Source: a virus | Taxonomy: Duplodnaviria > Caudoviricetes | Length of the DNA stretch: 29,712 nt | Reading direction: 5' to 3' (one strand) | Virus record (IMG/VR): IMGVR_UViG_3300009117_000049 | Span: 1 to 29,712 of that record | Shown: positions 1 through 7,629 of the stretch, in pieces | How the letters are laid out: each line of letters starts with the position of its first letter | Position numbering within the stretch: position 1 is the stretch's first letter | Notes under the pieces: generated by a model | The model's input: the letters and a program-made list of their open reading frames with translations, nothing else | The model's database searches: none | Told to the model about the DNA's origin: nothing | Made by a program: the position numbers and the translations under genes

Positions 1-945
1 TCAATTAATTTGAGTGCTCTTGACATCAATATAATTTTCTTCTAATTCCTCAAAAAGGCTTAATTGCTCTCCTTCTGGCGGCGGAAACGCTCTATTAAAG
101 TTTCTCATAAATGCTGACCAATTGGGAGATACCTTCATGATGGCAATTAATTGAAGCAAGTGATCTCTTAAATCTGGTTGTCCTATATCTGCTGATAAAT
201 ATTGATGATGTGTTGATTCGCGGCGGTATGTTTTTTTATTTTTTACAGGGTTTAATTTTTTTAGTTCATCTAAAACTTTTGGGGGTAATTTTTCATACAC
301 TAATTGATTTGTTAGTTTCCCAACATATTTAGGCCGTTTTACATCCATCGGATTATACGCCCAACCCTTAAGGCGAAATAGCTGTCTATAAAATTCATCT
401 GGAAACATTTTTGCCCATTTTAACTTTTCTTCTGAAAGATATATTGAAAGCAATTTTTGTAATGCATCTTGCTCTCTTTCTTCCTGATACCCGGTTGCCT
501 CGTCAACCAATGCGACAATACCAACTTTTGATAATGCTCTTACTAAAAGCTCAGCAACGACCGCTAACGGTTGTTGGCTAGGTGCTAATGCACCAGCCTG
601 TCTTGCGTTCAAATATACATCACATAATAATGGCAATATTTCAGCTTTATATCCTATTGTCGCTTTTTTACTTTTTGCGCTTGATTTATATGTTACGGGA
701 GAGTTGATCATATCCAATAAGTCCTGTGAAACGAAGGGTTGAAGGCTTTTTGCATCTAAAAAGCTGGGCATATTGGGTACCCTTGATCCCACTTTAATAT
801 TACTACGCCGAGGTCTGCCAAATGCCTTAAAAACCGCTTTAGTTGTTAATACTCTTGATCCATCTTCTAAGACAGCACAGTTTAATTCTTTTTCACCAAT
901 TCTTAACGTACCTATTTTTAGAGATTTTAAAATTTTTTCATCCAT
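1..945 (-). CDS. P63C domain-containing protein (phage Mx8 p63 C-terminal family)
   Basis: N-terminal GTLRIGEKELNCAVLEDGSRVLT, then VGIVALVDEATGYQ...W.KMFPDEFYRQLFRLKGW...RP.YVGKLTNQLVYEKLP...HHQYLS, typical of P63C proteins. Confidence 0.85.
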   Translation of the reverse strand: MDEKILKSLKIGTLRIGEKELNCAVLEDGSRVLTTKAVFKAFGRPRRSNIKVGSRVPNMPSFLDAKSLQPFVSQDLLDMINSPVTYKSSAKSKKATIGYKAEILPLLCDVYLNARQAGALAPSQQPLAVVAELLVRALSKVGIVALVDEATGYQEEREQDALQKLLSIYLSEEKLKWAKMFPDEFYRQLFRLKGWAYNPMDVKRPKYVGKLTNQLVYEKLPPKVLDELKKLNPVKNKKTYRRESTHHQYLSADIGQPDLRDHLLQLIAIMKVSPNWSAFMRNFNRAFPPPEGEQLSLFEELEENYIDVKSTQIN

Positions 946-982
946 TTATTAAATCACCCCCACAGTATTTTTTAAAATGAGC

Positions 983-1384
983 TCAAATATCGTTTTCATC
1001 TATTTCAATGATATCTTGCAATAAATCACCATACTCGTACATGGCTTTTCTAATTTGCATAAGCATTCTCCATGCAGTATCTTTTGTTACTTGAATATTT
1101 TTTGCAAGTTGGCGTACTGTGATCTCCTTAGCATTTAGCACCAAAGAAACGGCTAGAAACCACTTTTGAAGAGGTAGTTTGGTGTTATGAAATATGGTGC
1201 CAACTGTTACACTATATGAAGTGTTACAGGTATTGCAATGATAGCGATGCTCATCCTTCATGTTAGAATAATTAGAAGAACCGCAATAAGGACATTTTGG
1301 CATATTATTCCATCGAATTTTTTCTAAGTGCTGAAAACAAGAGTCTTTTGTTGGGAATTGTTTAAATATATTAATAATATCCAT
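983..1384 (-). pseudogene. IS1595-family transposase N-terminal part only (Zn ribbon + HTH); DDE domain missing
   Basis: CF.HLEKIRW...CPYCGS...YHCNTC...SVTVGTIFHNTKLPLQKWF...TAWRML; the ORF stops at IIEIDENDI, where the DDE domain (VEIDETY) normally begins. Confidence 0.85.
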
Positions 1385-1404
1385 TATTATTTCGCCTCAT
1401 AATA

Positions 1405-1433
1405 AATATACCAAATTATTCCAATATAGTCAA
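1405..1433 (-). promoter_or_regulatory. sigmaA-type promoter for the IS1595-remnant/P63C pair
   Basis: Minus strand TTGACT-17 bp-TATATT, just upstream of the RBS and ATG at 1384. Confidence 0.6.
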
Positions 1434-1554
1434 GAGAATGTTGCTACCTGTTTCTATGACATTGCATTCCCCAAAATGATATTGACCAGATGTATCTTAG
1501 CATGATAATGGTTAAAATTGCAGCCTATAAAAGTACCGGAAGATATGTTATTCA

Positions 1555-1586
1555 AAAAGGCCAGATAGTTATCTATCTGGCCTTTA
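1555..1586. terminator. Bidirectional intrinsic terminator downstream of integrase
   Basis: Perfect inverted repeat AAAAGGCCAGATAG-TTAT-CTATCTGGCCTTTT, 9 bp beyond the int stop. Confidence 0.85.
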
Positions 1587-1595
1587 TTGTTAGTC

Positions 1596-2975
1596 TTATT
1601 TTGTTATTTTTGATTTGAAGATATCATCAAGAGCATCCGCGGCTGCGGCGTCGGCTGAGCGGATAGCGTGAGCGTAGATATTGGTCGTAGTACTGGTTTG
1701 AGCGTGTCCCAGACGGCTGGAAACGGTGCGGATAGGTATGCCCCTTGCTATCTGCAAACTGGCATTCGTATGCCTCAGAGAGTGGAGGGTAATGCCCTGA
1801 AAGCCATGTTTGGAAGCAAAATCGGAAAACCAGCTTGTTAAAGTATCGGGGTGGATAGGATGCCCGTCCCAAGATGTAAAGATGCGATTACTGTTGACCC
1901 ATTTATCACCGAGGGCCAAGCGTTCATTGTTTTGCCAGGCTTTATAAGTTTTTAACAGTGTAATAAGCGACGGGGAAAGTTTCATGCTCCTGCGGGAAGA
2001 AGAGTTTTTCGTATCGTCCGCATAGACACCCTTTTCCGGGAGATATAAAGAAGATCTCTGAATATCAAGGGTCTCATTCTTGAAATCAAAATCCGACCAT
2101 TCCAAACCGCAAAGCTCCCCGCGCCTCAGGCCCGTGCCTATATCTAAATAAATGGCGCAGCGGTATTTTAAGGGAGCTTCTTCATCTATCAACTGTAACA
2201 GATGTTGAGCCGCTTCTTCATCAAGATATTTAGCCTCTTTATGCTGGACTTTTGGCGCTTTTATCCTCTGGCAGGGGTTGGATAATAATATCTGCCATTC
2301 GACCGCCGTGCTGAGGATAGAAGATATCAGCCTGTGATGATGCAGAATCGATTTATCTGAGAGTCCCACTTGTTTTTTGACCGGCGCGAAGATATCGGAG
2401 CTTTCTATCCCCATGGTCTTACAAATCTTGTCCATGGTGGAAGCACTGACATTCTGGTTTTTGATAGCGGAGTCAAGAGCGACCACACTCAAATTTGCCT
2501 CTCTGGAAAGTGAGGCCCTGTTCCAGCCTTTGCTTTTCATGAAGGCTTTGAAATCCTTAGTAGGTGTGTATTTCGTATCTTTGCGGGCGGATGCTTCGCC
2601 TAGATTTTCATAAAAAGAAAGCAGATGCTGCGGCTGCAGCTTATCAAGGCGGATATGGCCTATGGCCTGATCAATGCGGATAAGCAAGTCTTTATACCTG
2701 GCTACTGTTTTAGCGCGCAACTGCGGCACCGCATACTTTTCCATCCAAATCTCGGCAAAATCGGCGAATTTGATACTCCCGTCCAGGAATTGGCCTGAAA
2801 GGCATTTTTCTTCAAATAAGGTGGCCTGCCGGTTAAGCTCTTTTTTGATCTGATTAGCGGTCATGCCAGGTTCCGGGGTCCAGGTCATAGATTTGCGGAG
2901 CTGCTTATTATTGATGTCATAGCCGCAGGATACTCTGATCAGATAAGAATCACCCTGTTTAGTGATATTGGCCAT
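1596..2975 (-). CDS. int: Tyrosine recombinase / phage integrase with an internal XRE-like HTH insertion
   Basis: Catalytic motifs GLRRGE (R), DTKN (K), HSLRH, LGH and NIYAH (Y) are all intact; N-terminal arm-binding-type region and SAM-like core-binding region. Confidence 0.95.
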   Translation of the reverse strand: MANITKQGDSYLIRVSCGYDINNKQLRKSMTWTPEPGMTANQIKKELNRQATLFEEKCLSGQFLDGSIKFADFAEIWMEKYAVPQLRAKTVARYKDLLIRIDQAIGHIRLDKLQPQHLLSFYENLGEASARKDTKYTPTKDFKAFMKSKGWNRASLSREANLSVVALDSAIKNQNVSASTMDKICKTMGIESSDIFAPVKKQVGLSDKSILHHHRLISSILSTAVEWQILLSNPCQRIKAPKVQHKEAKYLDEEAAQHLLQLIDEEAPLKYRCAIYLDIGTGLRRGELCGLEWSDFDFKNETLDIQRSSLYLPEKGVYADDTKNSSSRRSMKLSPSLITLLKTYKAWQNNERLALGDKWVNSNRIFTSWDGHPIHPDTLTSWFSDFASKHGFQGITLHSLRHTNASLQIARGIPIRTVSSRLGHAQTSTTTNIYAHAIRSADAAAADALDDIFKSKITK

Positions 2976-2998
2976 AAAATCACCTTCCTATAACCGCC

Positions 2999-3742
2999 TT
3001 AATTTTCAAGGTATTTCTGAGTTGCTTTATCAAAATCCGAAATGTATTCTTTGTCTTGCTTGATCCGATATTTTTTATATTCGCTGATAGCCAATTCATC
3101 GGCGACTTTTCTGGATATACTTCCGGGATTTGTAAGGATATCATATTCATTGAATTGTAAGAAGGCATCTAATTTATGTACCCAGTCTTTCATAGACATC
3201 AGTTTATTTCTTTTTGCCTGATTTTCCGCATAATCAAGATACATATTGACGATATCGTTCAGATGCTGGATTTCGTTCTTGTCGAGATAGTTTTTGGAAA
3301 CTGTAACATCCGATTGTAAAATTTTCCCCGAAGGAGAATTCTTCCAGGTTTGCAGCCCCATATGATCTTTTTGGCTGTCAACGCGGTCTGATATTATCTC
3401 CGGCGCGGTGTGCCCGGTCACTGCAAACAGCAATTTATTTTGAACCATTTTAAAAAACATATCAGTAATTTCACTATCTTTGTCATAATCATAACTGCAC
3501 TGAGAGTAGATATCGGTGATTTTTTGATAAAACCTGCGTTCACTGGCCCGTATCTCTTTGATACGTTCGAGCAATTCATCAAAATAATCTTTACCGAAGG
3601 CTTTGCCGTTTTTCATCATATCGTCATTGAGGACAAAACCTTTAACGATATATCCCTTAAGGGTCTCAGTAGCCCAGCGGCGGAAATTTGTAGCGCTTTT
3701 GGAATTTACGCGGTAACCGATAGAAATAATAGCGTCGAGATT
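2999..3742 (-). pseudogene. rhuM: RhuM-family (virulence RhuM) protein, 5'-truncated
   Basis: The frame of ORF 2999..3619 extends upstream as NLDAIISIGYRVNSKSATNFRRWAT..LKGYIVKGFVL, followed by DYFDELLERIKEIRASERRFYQKITDIY. Similarity stops near 3742, with in-frame stops near 3790 and no RBS or start for the N-terminus. Confidence 0.85.
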
Positions 3743-3783
3743 GTTACCGAGTCGGCATAAACAACTAGAAAGGGGATAGAAAA

Positions 3784-3942
3784 ATGGAACTTATTATTAG
3801 AGGCGATATAAAAGAAATCGCTGCCGCTGTAGTTGCAATTCAAATACAGCTCAAAGACAAAGGGGTTGATTTTGATGCTATGCTTACGAGGGAGGACGAA
3901 CTGGATGATCTGATGCACAGGCGATTGAAGCGGTTATATTGA
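3784..3942 (+). CDS. Small hypothetical protein (52 aa), paralog of 4198..4380; not in the ORF track
   Basis: RBS AAGGGG; MELIIRGDIKEIAAAVVAIQIQLKDKGVDFDAMLTREDELDDLMHRRLKRLY aligns with the 4198 ORF. Confidence 0.7.
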   Translation: MELIIRGDIKEIAAAVVAIQIQLKDKGVDFDAMLTREDELDDLMHRRLKRLY

Positions 3943-4026
3943 CGCCGATACACCGGATAAAGCCATCCAGCATTTACCGGATAGCCCCAGCGTTTGGTAA
4001 ATTTTTTATATAAGGTCCTCCAAGGT

Positions 4027-4064
4027 AAAATCCCCGGTCTGAATGAAATAGGATCGGGGTTTTT
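4027..4064. terminator. Hairpin/terminator after first small paralog
   Basis: AAAATCCCCGGTC...GATCGGGGTTTTT stem with T-tract; same flanks as 4419..4444. Confidence 0.55.
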
Positions 4065-4123
4065 ACATTTAAATGAAAACATGCAAAATTCAAACATTCA
4101 GAAGCCTGATTCCTACAAGTGTA

Positions 4124-4151
4124 TTGTAAATAATAATTTATATAATATAAT
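4124..4151 (+). promoter_or_regulatory. Possible sigmaA promoter for 4198..4380
   Basis: TTGTAA-16 bp-TATAAT within an AT-rich stretch. Confidence 0.4.
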
Positions 4152-4197
4152 TAAGATAAATAAAATATTATTATCAAAAGGGGAAAGGGGAATAGAC

Positions 4198-4380
4198 ATG
4201 CGGCTTGTTATCAGTGGCTCTCCGGAAGAGATAGCCGATTTATTAGCGGAAATGCAAGATCTGCAAAAAGTCAAAGGGTTTGATTTTGGTTCTTTGATTT
4301 TAGAAGAGGAGGATTCAAAAGAGCCGGACGAACCTGACGAGCAGATACGCAGGCGGGTAAATAAGTTATATTCGCTGTAG
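4198..4380 (+). CDS. Small acidic hypothetical protein (60 aa), paralog of 3784..3942
   Basis: RBS AAGGGG before ATG 4198 (the track extends it to 3994); MRLVISGSPEEIADLLAEMQDLQKVKGFDFGSLILEEEDSKEPDEPDEQIRRRVNKLYSL. Confidence 0.75.
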   Translation: MRLVISGSPEEIADLLAEMQDLQKVKGFDFGSLILEEEDSKEPDEPDEQIRRRVNKLYSL

Positions 4381-4418
4381 CTAAGTAACAGCCCATGTCA
4401 TTTCAAATACTATCCTTC

Positions 4419-4444
4419 AAAATCCCCGGTGTAGGGGTTTTTTT
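4419..4444. terminator. Hairpin/terminator after second small paralog
   Basis: AAAATCCCC-GGTGTA-GGGGTTTTTTT. Confidence 0.55.
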
Positions 4445-4628
4445 GTTTCTTACAATAAGCGCCTTTTCATGCCGTAACCTATTTCAACAATAGGATGTCT
4501 ATTTTCTACATCGGAGAATATTTAATGAAATCAATTCGTCTATCTATATACACTTGAAATACTTACAGAAATTTAATGACATAGATCACGGAGTAGAGTC
4601 TACCTATGAAAGGCGGGTGGTTTTTGAA

Positions 4629-4808
4629 ATGACTGATGAGGATGATATTATTAGGCTAATATTGACTGGAATCAGGCTTTTGACCAATGAGGATAAGAAT
4701 AAAATCCTTATTTTTCTCCGGGAGCCTTCCGGGATAGAACATAATCCACAAAATTCAGCACCTCTAGTTTTTTCTCAAGAGGCGCCCCATATAATTTCTG
4801 ACAGATAG
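4629..4808 (+). CDS. Hypothetical protein convergent with and overlapping the repressor 3' end
   Basis: RBS-like AGGCGGGTGG before ATG 4629; MTDEDDIIRLILTGIRLLTNEDKNKILIFL looks like an amphipathic helical hairpin. Confidence 0.45.
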   Translation: MTDEDDIIRLILTGIRLLTNEDKNKILIFLREPSGIEHNPQNSAPLVFSQEAPHIISDR

Positions 4809-5070
4809 CCTGCATTTGCTCGTCACCTTCGATAAGCTCCTCGATAGAGGGGCTTTTCTCTTTCTCGTCTTGCCAGCCCATCAAGTAGGCGGGGGATACA
4901 TCATATATATCGGCAATCCGGGCAATCGTATCATGCTTAACGTTTTTGATTTCTCCGCTTTCATATCGTTGTACGGTAGCTTCTTTTACTCCAAGAATAT
5001 TGGCAACTTCCAACAATGTTAAACCCTTAGATAAACGACATTCTTTTATTCTTTTTCTCAATAAATCCAT
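4708..5070 (-). CDS. XRE-family CI-like prophage repressor (no S24 autopeptidase domain)
   Basis: RIKECRLSKGLTLLEVANILGVKEATVQRYESG...IADIYDVSPAYLMGW; divergent from a cro-like gene. Confidence 0.9.
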   Translation of the reverse strand: MDLLRKRIKECRLSKGLTLLEVANILGVKEATVQRYESGEIKNVKHDTIARIADIYDVSPAYLMGWQDEKEKSPSIEELIEGDEQMQAICQKLYGAPLEKKLEVLNFVDYVLSRKAPGEK

Positions 5071-5092
5071 TATTCACACCCCTTCAGGCATT

Positions 5093-5121
5093 ATCATATC
5101 ATTAACTTACCTAATATGCAA
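5093..5121 (-). promoter_or_regulatory. Leftward (repressor) promoter
   Basis: Minus strand TTGCAT-17 bp-TATGAT; overlaps operator 1. Confidence 0.65.
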
Positions 5122-5210
5122 TAGTTTTTTAAAAAAATCACAAAAAACTTACCTGCAATGTATTGACATTTATTCCCTATGATGATACCATATACTTACA
5201 TAATGCGTAA
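5105..5210. promoter_or_regulatory. Three repressor operators, consensus ACTTAC-N7-G(T/C)A(A/T)
   Basis: 5105 ACTTACctaatatGCAA; 5147 ACTTACctgcaatGTAT; 5194 ACTTACataatgcGTAA; palindromic TTAC/GTAA core flanking both promoters. Confidence 0.75.
5163..5191 (+). promoter_or_regulatory. Rightward early (lytic) promoter
   Basis: TTGACA-17 bp-TACCAT with extended TG, bracketed by operators 2 and 3. Confidence 0.75.
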
Positions 5211-5235
5211 TGTGAATTAGGACGGAGGTGAGACT

Positions 5236-5481
5236 ATGGAAAACGAAAGAATAATGAAAGTAGATATTATTGCCTTGAAAAAATTAATGATAGAAAAGGA
5301 ATTTGACAGAATCAGCGAGCTTGCGCAGGCATCCGGTATCAGCAGGGCAACGCTTAGTCATATATTAAACGGTAAAGCACAACCATCCAGCCGGATCATG
5401 GAAAAATTGATCATTACTTTGGACATACTTCCGGAAGATGCAGGCAAAATTTTTTTCAGAAATAACTTACGCAACGCGTAA
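5236..5481 (+). CDS. Cro-like XRE HTH regulator
   Basis: LKKLMIEKEF..ISELAQASGISRATLSHILNGKAQPS...IFF; GGAGGTG RBS. Confidence 0.88.
   Translation: MENERIMKVDIIALKKLMIEKEFDRISELAQASGISRATLSHILNGKAQPSSRIMEKLIITLDILPEDAGKIFFRNNLRNA
5465..5481. promoter_or_regulatory. Fourth operator at the 3' end of cro
   Basis: ACTTACgcaacgcGTAA, a perfect match to the operator consensus, ending in the cro stop codon. Confidence 0.65.
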
Positions 5482-5542
5482 AGCAGGCTGTTAGTAAAAA
5501 TGAGGCAGCATAACCACTATGACTATGAAGGAGGTGAATCTG

Positions 5543-5839
5543 ATGCCTATCCCAAGAATGAGGACCATAAACGAAGTTTGCGTGGAGTTAAAAAAACAAG
5601 ACCCGGACAGCGCGATTACTCCTTATTTCATACGCAAACTCGTTAATGAAAAAAAGATAGTTTATATCCTATCGGGCAGCAAGGCCCTGATAAATCTGGA
5701 TTCGGTCATAGCTTACCTGAATGAGCCGGAAAAAGAAGGATATGGGCATGACATAGAACAGAAAAATGCCGAGGCCGATATACGCCGGGTGCCGGAAGAC
5801 CTAAAGTTTATCCCTAAGCATAGGGGGGCTATGACATGA
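5543..5839 (+). CDS. Excisionase-like winged-HTH DNA-binding protein
   Basis: GGAGGTG RBS; PRMRTINE...ITPYFIRKLVNEKKI..ILSGSKALINLDSVIAYL fits Xis-like wHTH proteins; position after cro. Confidence 0.7.
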   Translation: MPIPRMRTINEVCVELKKQDPDSAITPYFIRKLVNEKKIVYILSGSKALINLDSVIAYLNEPEKEGYGHDIEQKNAEADIRRVPEDLKFIPKHRGAMT

Positions 5840-5937
5840 ACATAGCGGACAAGCTATCCGGGCTTTTCTTTGGCCCGGAGGATGCCGAGGCATATCGGAA
5901 GTGGAAGATCAGGAGCGACAAGGTGCAGCTGATGTAA
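5836..5937 (+). CDS. Small hypothetical protein (33 aa); not in the ORF track
   Basis: ATGA overlap with the xis stop and a G-rich RBS; MNIADKLSGLFFGPEDAEAYRKWKIRSDKVQLM. Confidence 0.45.
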   Translation: MNIADKLSGLFFGPEDAEAYRKWKIRSDKVQLM

Positions 5938-5981
5938 CAATACATTACCCATGAAGGATTGTCGGGAAGGGAGGTAAGGTA

Positions 5982-6830
5982 TTGAAGAGCGGAATAGATT
6001 ATTTTCCGCTTGATGTCGTCCTGGATAGCAAATTTGAGTTGATTGAAGCGGAATTCGGGCTGATAGGATTTGGGATAGTCGTTAAGCTCTACCAAAAGAT
6101 ATACGCAGAGCAAGGTTACTATCTTGAATGGACAAATGAGGTTGCGCTTTTGTTCGCCAAAAGGATTGGTATGGGTGGGAGCGTCGTTTCTGAAATAGTG
6201 GAGGCTTCAATCAAAAGGGGCATTTTCGATAAAGATCTGTATGAAAAGTATCATGTTTTGACCTCGCGCGGGATACAGAAAAGATACTTTGAGGCGGTCA
6301 GCCGTCGTAAGGAGATCGAAATCGATATGAGTATCCTCTTGGTCGACCCTGCTCAGATTTGCAAAAATGTCGACATTAAGCCCAGAAATGTAAACAATCC
6401 CAGCAAAAATGCTGACATTTTTCAACAAAGTAAAGTAAAGAAAAGTAGAGTAGAGAAGAGTAAAGAAAAGAACGACACGCGCGGGGAAGTAGTTGTTGAT
6501 ACAGGCCTTGATTTTGCCGAAGTATTTAAGACTTGGGAAAAAGCTTCCGCTCTGAACCCTACTCCGATGGTGATTGAGGAATTAGGCTTACTGATGCAGG
6601 AATACGGGAAGGACAATCTTTGTAGCGCAATAAAAACTGCGGCGGATCAGGGAAAGGTCACTTTGGCTTATGTTAAGGGCATTTTACGGAATAATGCCGA
6701 TGGGACTACTAAGAAGTCAAAGGCCGACATAGATCAAGAGAAAGCAGAGCGTATCAAGCAAGAACTCAGGGAGGAGGATATGCGCAATGAAGAGCGAGGA
6801 AACATATCAACTGCTAGAAAAGGCGGCTAA
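5982..6830 (+). CDS. Phage replication initiator (DUF4373/Lin1244-like N-terminus + DnaD-like C-terminus)
   Basis: GIDYFPLDV...IEAEFG..GFGIVVKLYQKIY...LTSRGIQKRYF; C-terminal AIKTAADQGKVTLAYVKGILRN (DnaD-like YxxxIL); TTG start with GGAGGT RBS. Confidence 0.88.
   Translation: MKSGIDYFPLDVVLDSKFELIEAEFGLIGFGIVVKLYQKIYAEQGYYLEWTNEVALLFAKRIGMGGSVVSEIVEASIKRGIFDKDLYEKYHVLTSRGIQKRYFEAVSRRKEIEIDMSILLVDPAQICKNVDIKPRNVNNPSKNADIFQQSKVKKSRVEKSKEKNDTRGEVVVDTGLDFAEVFKTWEKASALNPTPMVIEELGLLMQEYGKDNLCSAIKTAADQGKVTLAYVKGILRNNADGTTKKSKADIDQEKAERIKQELREEDMRNEERGNISTARKGG
6365..6468. repeat. Putative replication origin: three iterons at 21-bp period plus a purine/AT-rich tract
   Basis: AAATGTCGACATT (6365), AAATGTAAACAAT (6386), AAATGCTGACATT (6407), followed by AAAGTAAAGTAAAGAAAAGTAGAGTAGAGAAGAGTAAAGAAAAG, inside the initiator linker. 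Confidence 0.7.
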
Positions 6831-7296
6831 CCTCTATAAAAAAGATAAACCATCAAAGGAAGAAGCAAAAACCTGGTATGAGCTTTTTAAAAGCTATGAT
6901 TATGAAACTATGAAAATGGCTCTTAATAACTATGCTTTAAAAGGGAGTTTTTATCCTAACCCTGCTGGTTTAATTAAGGCCTATTGGGAGATTGTGCATA
7001 AGCAAGAAAATGAAGCTATGTCAAAGGCTATGGAGGGCGCAAAGGATTGTAAATACTGTCAAGGGACAGGCTGGTTCAGGACGATCATAAGCAGCGGTGA
7101 AAGCTATGTCTGCGCCTGCAAATGCCAGGGAAACCCGGCAAACTTAAACCTGGCTCTGGCAAGCCGGGACTTCAAGTGGAGCAATCAGAAAAGGGCCTTT
7201 GTGCCCAGAGATACCTGGGTAGGTGATGAAGAACCATTAGCAGACCAAGAAGAGTATTGTTTTGATGATGTTGGGAATTTGGCAAAGGCTTTGTAG
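6787..7296 (+). CDS. Replicative helicase loader/inhibitor (SPP1 G39P-like N-terminus) with C-terminal Zn finger
   Basis: M..EETYQLL.....LY......AKTWYELFKSYDY......AL..Y......YPNPAGL; CKYCQGTGW...CACKC; directly follows the initiator. Confidence 0.65.
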   Translation: MKSEETYQLLEKAANLYKKDKPSKEEAKTWYELFKSYDYETMKMALNNYALKGSFYPNPAGLIKAYWEIVHKQENEAMSKAMEGAKDCKYCQGTGWFRTIISSGESYVCACKCQGNPANLNLALASRDFKWSNQKRAFVPRDTWVGDEEPLADQEEYCFDDVGNLAKAL

Positions 7297-7356
7297 GGAG
7301 ATCAAAACGGTGTCGGGAGCAGAAATAGCGATACAGGATTAAGGAGGTCTTGTGTC

Positions 7357-7560
7357 ATGCCTAAAACTATAGTCTGTCCGTTTTACATGTATGACAAAAA
7401 ACTGACTTTACGTTGTGAAGCCGGATTGTTAGAGTTTCAGACATTGGAACAGAAAGCCGATTACATAAACAGATATTGCTCGGCGTTGGACGGGTATAAG
7501 TTTTGTAGCCTTGCCGCCTCGCTGGAAAAAATGTACGAAAGGAAATACTGTTGCTTATGA
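7357..7560 (+). CDS. Small Cys4 (putative Zn-binding) protein; candidate late transcription activator
   Basis: AAGGAGGT RBS; CPFY-x-C-x20-C-x8-C pattern; last early gene before terS. Confidence 0.65.
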   Translation: MPKTIVCPFYMYDKKLTLRCEAGLLEFQTLEQKADYINRYCSALDGYKFCSLAASLEKMYERKYCCL

Positions 7561-7621
7561 AACAGTCCTGCCCCTTTTTGACGTATTTTTGAGTGGATAT
7601 TGATAAAATGACGTCAAGAGG
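7556..7621 (+). promoter_or_regulatory. Late promoter 1 (packaging operon)
   Basis: TATGAAACA...TTTTTGACG-20 bp-(TG)TAAAAT-N7-AGAGG; same architecture at 15401 and 28423. Confidence 0.7.
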
Positions 7622-7629
7622 TGGTGAAA

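Noticed and set aside
3706-4097. Minus-strand ORFs 3706..3918 and 3840..4097
   Set aside because: Shadows of the + strand paralog and intergenic DNA; no RBS; not in frame with or similar to the RhuM N-terminus.
3994-4197. N-terminal extension of the 128-aa ORF in the track
   Set aside because: Runs through a hairpin and an AT-rich promoter region; the RBS and paralog alignment support a start at 4198.
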